Source: Candidatus Micrarchaeia archaeon
GTDB taxonomy: Archaea; Micrarchaeota; Micrarchaeia; CABMEP01
NCBI GenBank assembly: GCA_038886535.1
Contig: JAVZXS010000001.1
Coordinates: forward strand, 1 to 64,000
Length of the DNA: 64,000 nt
Direction: 5' to 3'
Part shown: one piece after another, positions 57,288 to 64,000 of the stretch
Layout: each line of letters begins with the position of its first letter
Numbering within the stretch: position 1 is the first letter of the stretch
Notes under the pieces: generated by a model
Told to the model about the DNA's origin: nothing
The model's database searches: none
What the model saw: only the letters and a program-made list of their open reading frames with translations
Position numbers and translations under genes: made by a program

Positions 57288-58184
57288 TTAAGAGAATAAA
57301 GCTTTTATTCTCTTCTTTAAGCTTGGATGTGTGCTTAGGATTTCAAGTGGATTATCTGGTTCTTTTTCTATTGCTGCCAATAAAGCATTTGGATCATTTT
57401 TGCTAATTGCATTAGCAACACTATTTGAAACTATCTCATGCTCGGCCACATATAAAGTACTCAAAGATTCATTCGTGCTGCCTTGTGGAATATTGTATGT
57501 AATTTTTACCAATGCTCTTGCTAGAGGCATTGAATCTTTCATTATATAAGCACTGTGTGCATCTGCATAATATTCTCTTTGTCTTGATAGCCACAGTACA
57601 ACTAATTGTCCTAAAAGTCTTGCAAGAATTGCACCAACAAATACAGCGATTGGGTTTGGTTTATCGTCTCTTCCGCTAATAAGTGCAACTGCGAGATAGT
57701 ATAACAATACAGGTATAACACTTGCAATAGTCATTATTACAACATCATTGTGCTTAATATGACCTATTTCATGTGCAATTACCGCTTCAACCTCTTGTTT
57801 ATTTAATCTCTGTAATAAACCAGTGTGTATCGCAATTCCAGAGTCATTTTTTCCTCTTCCAAAAGCGAATGCATTAGGCACTTGGCTGTTTACAATATAT
57901 AACTTCGGCTTAGGTATTCCAGATTCTTTAGCAATTCTTTCAACAGCAGCATGCAATTCCGGAGCTTCATTAATACTTACTTCTCTTGCTCCACTTACCC
58001 ACTTAACAATTATAGGACCTAAGTACCATTGAATTCCTAATAATATTAAGCTGAAAAATAATACTACAAATATAGATATTTCATTTCCAGTCAGAAGCAT
58101 TATAACTCCAAGTATACCTGCAATTAAACCAAATACCAGAGCTGTTGAAATCCAAACTTGTAAATCAGGAGAGCCTTTTATCAT
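57288..58184 (-). CDS. htpX: Zinc metalloprotease HtpX (M48)
   Basis: PNAFAFG, HEIGH, SRQREYYAD, STHP. Confidence 0.95.
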   Translation of the reverse strand: MIKGSPDLQVWISTALVFGLIAGILGVIMLLTGNEISIFVVLFFSLILLGIQWYLGPIIVKWVSGAREVSINEAPELHAAVERIAKESGIPKPKLYIVNSQVPNAFAFGRGKNDSGIAIHTGLLQRLNKQEVEAVIAHEIGHIKHNDVVIMTIASVIPVLLYYLAVALISGRDDKPNPIAVFVGAILARLLGQLVVLWLSRQREYYADAHSAYIMKDSMPLARALVKITYNIPQGSTNESLSTLYVAEHEIVSNSVANAISKNDPNALLAAIEKEPDNPLEILSTHPSLKKRIKALFS

Positions 58185-58208
58185 AATATCACCTTTTAAT
58201 CAAAGATT

Positions 58209-58727
58209 TTATTTGATGTTTATTCTCTTTTTCTTTTCTTCTTCTTTTGAAGGTTCAACTTTTTTGATTATAACTTCTAAAACGCCATTATTATATTTAG
58301 CATCCGCTGTTTCTGGCTTTATCTTTGCTGGAAGCTCAAGTTTCTTGTAATATTTCCTCTCAGGCGTATCTACTTTTATTTCAAGTCCCTTTTCAGTTGC
58401 ATTGAGTTCGATATCTTCTTTTCTCACACCAGGCAATTCAGCTATTATCTTAATATCATTTTTTTCATTTATTATATCAACAAGCGGTTCTCTTTTTTCC
58501 TCTATTCCTTTAGGAGTAATCTGTGGCTTATCTCCGAATTCCTGTATTATCGGTTTTCCATCTGGTCCTATCGTTATAGAGAACCCTCTTACAAAGGATT
58601 TTCCTTCTCTGGCTCTTTTTTCTAGTTCTTCAAAGTCCTCAAATCCCCTTGTCATTTCTTCAAACATTCTTTCAATCATTCTTTCAAAATCATCATCGAA
58701 AAAACTGAATCTTCGTCTTTTAACCAT
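58209..58727 (-). CDS. hsp20: Small heat shock protein Hsp20
   Basis: GFSITIGPDGKP, REPLVD, AELPGV, AKYNNGVLEV, C-terminal IxI. Confidence 0.95.
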   Translation of the reverse strand: MVKRRRFSFFDDDFERMIERMFEEMTRGFEDFEELEKRAREGKSFVRGFSITIGPDGKPIIQEFGDKPQITPKGIEEKREPLVDIINEKNDIKIIAELPGVRKEDIELNATEKGLEIKVDTPERKYYKKLELPAKIKPETADAKYNNGVLEVIIKKVEPSKEEEKKKRINIK

Positions 58728-58820
58728 TCTTCCACCACCAATATATATTACTTATATATATTTTTATTTTTATCTTTATAATATTTTTTATAAATTAGGT
58801 TAATAAATATCGGTGTTTTT

Positions 58821-59330
58821 ATGAGTAATTGGATAGTTCACTCAATTATAGGAATAATTCTTGGCATATTATGTATAATTATAAATTCAGGCATGGATCA
58901 AAATGTACTATTTGCAGCAGTTATAGCAACAGTACTTGGCTCATTAATACCAGATATAGATCATAAAAGAAGCAAGATTAGAGGAATTTTCAGATGGGTT
59001 GTTCTGATAATTCTTCTTTTCATTATCTATCTTTCAATTTCATCTTATTTTGGTATAAACCCAGATCTTTCAGCTCTGTTGAATGCAGATTTAGCTGTGG
59101 TTTTAACTGTGTTTGCAATTTCAGTTTTCATCGCATCAATAATCACATCATTCATAGAGTCATTAATACCTCGACATAGAGGGCCAGTACATAGAATATT
59201 TGCCTCATTGATGTATTCATTCCTTGTATTTACATCTGCGACATTCTTTGGATTCAGTGAAGCTGCGTTAATCGCGTTATGGGGCTTTATTGGTTATATA
59301 AGCCACATATTTATGGATATTTTAATATGA
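58821..59330 (+). CDS. Membrane-bound metal-dependent hydrolase (YdjM-like)
   Basis: H near N-terminus, GSLIPDIDH, HRGPVH, GYISHIFMD. Confidence 0.88.
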   Translation: MSNWIVHSIIGIILGILCIIINSGMDQNVLFAAVIATVLGSLIPDIDHKRSKIRGIFRWVVLIILLFIIYLSISSYFGINPDLSALLNADLAVVLTVFAISVFIASIITSFIESLIPRHRGPVHRIFASLMYSFLVFTSATFFGFSEAALIALWGFIGYISHIFMDILI

Positions 59331-59352
59331 TTTAAGAATAGATTAATTAGAG

Positions 59353-59463
59353 CGCGGGGTATGGGATTCGAACCCATATACCCTTTCGGGAACTGGTTTT
59401 CTCATAAACTTTTTTATAAAGTTTATTCGAGACCAGCGCACTACCAGGTTATGCGAACCCCGC
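59353..59463 (-). tRNA. tRNA-Ser(CGA) with 27-nt intron at 37/38 (59399-59425)
   Basis: Acceptor GCGGGGT/ACCCCGC, long variable arm, anticodon arm CTGGT CTCGAA^A ACCAG; relaxed BHB CTCG/TGAG. Confidence 0.95.
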
Positions 59464-59557
59464 ACTAATCTATTATATACTATTCATTACTGCTTAAAAA
59501 TGTTAATCTTAAAATAAGCTAGAAAAAATAATAAAAATTATTAAAAAATATTAAAAT

Positions 59558-59779
59558 TCAGTATCTTTTCTTCTGTTTTTTCTTTCGCTCGTATACACCA
59601 AGGCTCTTTCCACAAGAGACACAGTAGTATACTTTTCTTTTTTCCATATATCTCAAATCGTCAGCGCTTCTGAGGTCTGTAGTGTAAACAATCGGTCTGT
59701 AATCAACCACCGCTTTACCTCTTGGGACGCTACGCCCACAAGCATTACATCTTACTAATGTTGTTTTTCCTCTTCCCAT
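59558..59779 (-). CDS. rps26e: 30S ribosomal protein eS26 (short N-terminus)
   Basis: VRCNACGRSVPRGKA and YYCVSC zinc-binding motifs; GAGGT RBS. Confidence 0.88.
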   Translation of the reverse strand: MGRGKTTLVRCNACGRSVPRGKAVVDYRPIVYTTDLRSADDLRYMEKRKVYYCVSCGKSLGVYERKKKQKKRY

Positions 59780-59806
59780 TTTATAACCTCCTATGCGGTG
59801 AAATAA

Positions 59807-60568
59807 TCATATCTTTATCTGCGTTCCATCCAGCAAGAATACCTCAATTTCGTTCATCTTCAGTATTTTATCCTTAAGTAATGGCCCCAAGAACTTATTC
59901 TTTTCGTTGATTGGAGAGCCAATTATCAAAGGATTGAAAACCGGAAGAACAATTACAGAAATCTCTTTATTAATATTAGGATATTGGGTTTTTAATTCTT
60001 TTGAATTAAGGCTTCCTTTAACCCATACCTTTTGCTTTGTTTTGTATCCAAACTGGTCTTTGAATGAAACTGCAGGATGGGAATGAGCAACAATCAAAGT
60101 ATCTATTTGCTCAATCATTTCTTGAGAAGGCCATTTATGGCTATGTATTATGCCTACATTATCAATAATGATTTCATCAGCTGTTTCAAAATAACTCTTT
60201 AATGCACCATCATGATTTCCAGGTATTATTTTAACTTCGCAATACTGCTTTAATCTGAAAAGCATATCTGGTATTTCTATTGAAATCCTATGTTCAATCT
60301 CTTCCTCTTCTGTCATTTGTTGCCAATATTCCTTTTCTACAGGTATCTTATGTCTAATATCTCCTACAAGTATAAGTTGGTTGGCTTTTGTCTCTTTTAT
60401 TAAATTTATTATATTGTCAATCATTTGGTTTATCGCATTTTTCGCCAATTTTTCAGTTCCTAATTGTGTTTCTACTCCAATATGTAAATCTCCAATCACT
60501 AATGTTCTTTCTTTTCCTTTCTCTATAATGATTGCAGGCTCATTAGCTACAATCTTTATCTTTGCCAT
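59807..60568 (-). CDS. Calcineurin-like metallophosphoesterase
   Basis: GDLHIG, GD, PGNHD, AHSHP, LPVFN; start moved to 60568. Confidence 0.88.
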   Translation of the reverse strand: MAKIKIVANEPAIIIEKGKERTLVIGDLHIGVETQLGTEKLAKNAINQMIDNIINLIKETKANQLILVGDIRHKIPVEKEYWQQMTEEEEIEHRISIEIPDMLFRLKQYCEVKIIPGNHDGALKSYFETADEIIIDNVGIIHSHKWPSQEMIEQIDTLIVAHSHPAVSFKDQFGYKTKQKVWVKGSLNSKELKTQYPNINKEISVIVLPVFNPLIIGSPINEKNKFLGPLLKDKILKMNEIEVFLLDGTQIKI

Positions 60569-60619
60569 GAATAGAATAATAAAAAAAGTTATATATTCTT
60601 TTATATCCAATAAATTTCT

Positions 60620-61270
60620 ATGAAATCAAGAAGCACAATACTAAAAATAATAAATTTGTTGAAAAAAGAATATCCTGATGAATTTAATGGCTCAAATATA
60701 AGCAGAGATCCATTTAAGGTTTTGATTGGAACTGTTTTGTCTCATCAAACTAGGGATGAAAGAACAATAATTGCAAGCAATTCTCTTTTTGCAAGATTTG
60801 ATACTCCGGAAAAGCTTGCAAAAGCAAGTATAAACGAAATTAAAAAATTAATCAGGCCAGTGGGGATGTATAATACAAAAGCAAAGAGAATAAAACAGAT
60901 AAGCAAAATTTTAGTTGAAAAATACGATGGTAAAGTTCCAACAGAGTATAATTCTTTAATTGAACTTCCAGGAGTTGGTAGAAAAACAGCTAATATAGTG
61001 TTTACATATGCATACGGGAAAGATGAATATATAGCTGTTGATACACATGTGCATAAAATTTCAAACAGGTTGGGATTAGTTAAAACAAAAAGCCCTGAAA
61101 AAACAGAACAGGAACTTTATAAAATAATACCGAGAAATGAATGGAGATATATCAATGAATTATTTGTTCAACATGGACAAAAAATATGTAAGGCAAGGCC
61201 TTTATGTGAAAGATGCGTAATATCTAAGTATTGTGATTTTTTCAAATCCTTGAAAAAAGCAAAATTATAA
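60620..61270 (+). CDS. nth: Endonuclease III
   Basis: HhH LPGVGRKTA, VDTHV, 4Fe-4S motif C-x5-C-x2-C-x5-C. Confidence 0.95.
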   Translation: MKSRSTILKIINLLKKEYPDEFNGSNISRDPFKVLIGTVLSHQTRDERTIIASNSLFARFDTPEKLAKASINEIKKLIRPVGMYNTKAKRIKQISKILVEKYDGKVPTEYNSLIELPGVGRKTANIVFTYAYGKDEYIAVDTHVHKISNRLGLVKTKSPEKTEQELYKIIPRNEWRYINELFVQHGQKICKARPLCERCVISKYCDFFKSLKKAKL

Positions 61271-61315
61271 GGTTTTTTAAATTTATTCTACAAACTAGTA
61301 CTAAGGTGAAATATT

Positions 61316-61786
61316 ATGTTCAATAAAAAAGGTCAAGCTGCAATGGAATATCTTATGACATATGGTTGGGCTATTTTGATAGTCCTTGCTATAATGGCAA
61401 TACTTGTCTATTTAGTCAGACCACAGCAAATTGAAACATGCCAGGTTGCACAACCTTTTCAATGCGAACAAGACAAATATACTATCAATTCAACCCATCA
61501 AGTCAAGATAAGCTTAATGAACATGGGTGCTGTTACATATAACATCTCATCTGCAAACTGTCCTTCTACAGATAATACAAACAGATTGGTTGGCGGGCCA
61601 GTGCAGATAACACCTGGAAGCAGTGCAACTGTTGTTATAAATTGTGCAGCTTCAGCTAATATAGTTTCAAACCCACAATCAGGAAAGGATGTATTTAAGG
61701 AAAAGCTTAAAATAACATATTATCCTGCAAATTCGCCTGATTTTCCAAAAGCTCAGGAAATAGAATTAGTGGTTAAGTACAGCTAA
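61316..61786 (+). CDS. Type IV pilin (class III signal peptide), probable major pilin
   Basis: KKG/QAAMEYLMTYGWAILIV; GGTGA RBS. Confidence 0.9.
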   Translation: MFNKKGQAAMEYLMTYGWAILIVLAIMAILVYLVRPQQIETCQVAQPFQCEQDKYTINSTHQVKISLMNMGAVTYNISSANCPSTDNTNRLVGGPVQITPGSSATVVINCAASANIVSNPQSGKDVFKEKLKITYYPANSPDFPKAQEIELVVKYS

Positions 61787-61833
61787 TCTATTTCTTTATT
61801 TTCAATTTTTTTAATATTACTAGAGGTAATTTT

Positions 61834-62527
61834 TTGAATCCAAATATAAAGATAGCCGCTCTAGCTATTGTTCTTATTTTTGGATCAATATTCCTGAGCG
61901 GTTGCGCAGGTCAACCGAAACTAAAAAGAACTTTCAAGAGGTTAATAAGACTTTAAATCAAACAGAACAAACAAAAGATACAACTAAATCATCATCTTCT
62001 CTTTCAGACATATTTGCAAAAACCTCGCTATTAAAAGCATAAAATACGAATGTTGATGACAGGTTTGGGTTCTTCAGTTACTCAAACAGTTTGGCTGAAA
62101 GGAAATGAAATCAGAGATTTCTGCAGAAGTTGAGAAAATAATCAATATTGTTGATTTAGATAAAAAAGTAATATACAGCTATATGCCGTCTCAAGGAATC
62201 GCATTCAGGACCAATTTTGATTATTCTTCTCAATATGCTTCTCCAACAGAAAGCATAGAAAAATACAATCCAGTTGTATTAGGGAATGAGATAATAGATG
62301 GAAAAGATTGTGTTATAGTCCAGTATTCTATGGAGGGAATGCAGATCAAATCTTGGATCTGGAAGGAAAAGGGTTTTCCAATAAGAATTGAAACAACAAG
62401 CGGAGAAGAAAAAACATTTATAGAATACAAAAACATAGAATTCATAGAAATTCCAGATTCTGAATTTGAGCTTCCTGCTGGAGTACAGATATGGGTTAAT
62501 CCTTTTTTATTCTTTTTTAATTTTTAA
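61834..62527 (+). pseudogene. Frameshifted lipoprotein gene (LolA-like outer domain)
   Basis: GAGGT RBS, TTG start, signal ending LSGC; coding sense continues only through about four frame changes into the 62105-62527 ORF (GNEIIDGKDC, WIWKEKGFP, IPDSEFELP). Confidence 0.75.
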
Positions 62528-62564
62528 TCACATTGTTTAAAAACATTCTTCTCTAACTATTTTT

Positions 62565-64000
62565 ATGAAGCATATCTATTGGTTTGAGGAGCTGAATAAA
62601 GACAGCCTTCCAATCGCCGGTGGAAAAGGCGCCAATCTTGGTGAGATGATCCGGGCTGGTTTTCCGATCCCACCTGGCTTCGTAGTTTCTGCTGATTCTT
62701 ATTATGAATATATAAAAAAATACGGAATAGACAAATTGATTATAGAGACATTGGAGAATTTAGATGTGGAGGATACTGCAAAACTGAACGAGGCTTCCAA
62801 AAAAATTTCAAATGCTATTCTTTCATATGAAATGCCTGAAGAGATTGCAAACCAGATAATAGAAGCATATTCCCAATTAAAAAATAGAACAGGTTCGAAA
62901 ATAGAATATGTTGCAGTAAGAAGCAGTGCCACTGCGGAAGACGTACCTAGTGCTTCCTTTGCAGGCCAACAGGCATCATTTCTCAATATCTACGGGGAAC
63001 AAGCATTAATAGATGCAGTTAAAAGATGCTGGGCATCTCTTTTTACTCCTCGTGCAATCTATTATCGAGTGCGACAGGGATTTGAGCATTCTAAGGTGAA
63101 GATTGCTGTTGTTGTTCAGCACATGGTCCAATCAGAAAAAGCAGGTGTTTTCTTCACTGTGGATCCGGTTTCTCAAGATCCAAACAAGATGGTGATAGAG
63201 GCAGCATTCGGACTTGGAGAAACAGTTGTTTCTGGAGCAATTACACCAGATACATATATCATAAACAAAAGCACACTAGATATAATACATAAGCATATTG
63301 CAAAACAGGAATGGATGCTAATAAAATCTGAAAATGCAAATGTAAAGTTAGGTATAAAAGCAGAATATCAAAACATGCAAAAACTTGAAGATGAAAAAAT
63401 AATAGAATTAGCAAAAATAGGAAGAGAAATAGAAAAGCATTATAAGTGGCCACAGGATATAGAATGGGCATCAGAGGGAGGAAGACTGTTTATCGTTCAA
63501 TCAAGACCAGTTACAACATTGAAGAAAGAAGTGACAGAAAGTTTTGTCAGAGAGATGAAGCAAAAAGAGGTTGAAAATATAGAAGCATATCCTTCTGTAA
63601 GAACTGAAGAAAAGGTGGAAACAATGGAAACTGAGACAAAGGTAGAGAAAGGTTCAATAATACTTAGGGGATTACCAGCAAGTCCTGGGTTTGCAACTGG
63701 TAAAGTAAGAGTTATATTAGATATTTCTGATCTTCCATCAATGCAATCAGGGGAAATATTAGTTACAAAGATGACAACCCCTGATTTTGTTCCAGCAATG
63801 AGAAAGGCATCCGCAATTATTACAGATGAAGGCGGATTGACTTCACATGCAGCAATTGTAAGCAGAGAACTCGGTGTTCCTGCTGTGATAGGAACAGAAA
63901 AAGCAACATCTATTCTAAAAAATGAAATGCTTGTTACAGTAGATGCAAACAAAGGAATCATTTATGAGGGAAAGGTTGATCTTACAGAAGTACCAAAGCA
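62565..64000 (+). CDS. ppsA: Phosphoenolpyruvate synthase (runs off the window; absent from the ORF track)
   Basis: MKHIYWFEEL..GGKGANLGEM, AVRSSATAED, SFAGQ, PQDIEWA, QSRPVT, phospho-His GGLTSHAAIVSRELG. Confidence 0.96.
   Translation, partial: MKHIYWFEELNKDSLPIAGGKGANLGEMIRAGFPIPPGFVVSADSYYEYIKKYGIDKLIIETLENLDVEDTAKLNEASKKISNAILSYEMPEEIANQIIEAYSQLKNRTGSKIEYVAVRSSATAEDVPSASFAGQQASFLNIYGEQALIDAVKRCWASLFTPRAIYYRVRQGFEHSKVKIAVVVQHMVQSEKAGVFFTVDPVSQDPNKMVIEAAFGLGETVVSGAITPDTYIINKSTLDIIHKHIAKQEWMLIKSENANVKLGIKAEYQNMQKLEDEKIIELAKIGREIEKHYKWPQDIEWASEGGRLFIVQSRPVTTLKKEVTESFVREMKQKEVENIEAYPSVRTEEKVETMETETKVEKGSIILRGLPASPGFATGKVRVILDISDLPSMQSGEILVTKMTTPDFVPAMRKASAIITDEGGLTSHAAIVSRELGVPAVIGTEKATSILKNEMLVTVDANKGIIYEGKVDLTEVPK

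Noticed and set aside
62702..63961. Minus-strand ORFs at the window end, and the many short antisense ORFs elsewhere
   Set aside because: They are shadows of well-supported genes on the opposite strand (here ppsA).

Overview
This is a core-chromosome segment of an AT-rich archaeon, most likely a Micrarchaeota (DPANN) organism. That assignment is an inference from a ~380-aa epsilon2-type splicing endonuclease with an ARMAN-specific-loop motif, divergent rRNA and KKGQ-type pilins. The window opens with a linked 16S(3' end)-tRNA-Ala-23S operon, followed by about 58 protein genes (mostly housekeeping), five more tRNAs, one frameshifted pseudogene and a truncated ppsA. No CRISPR array, transposase, integrase or intein was seen. 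Two candidate systems stand out. (1) The 23S rRNA carries three short bulge-helix-bulge (BHB) introns. The one in helix 84 (2796-2908) has the layout of a two-guide box C/D sRNA, and both guides point, by the N+5 rule, at the U2552 equivalent in the A-loop of the same 23S rRNA. (2) A 12-kb co-directional cluster (44838-56702) holds six paralogous CedA/VirB6-like membrane proteins, a membrane-anchored coiled-coil protein and a lipoprotein with degenerate glycoside-hydrolase and lytic-transglycosylase-like domains, a candidate cell-contact or macromolecule-transfer apparatus. Also notable are a tRNA-Ala with two introns, a histidine kinase paired with a wHTH-REC-degenerate-GGDEF regulator, and a candidate ~75-nt ncRNA upstream of rtcA. 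All family calls come from motif recognition by eye, not database searches.
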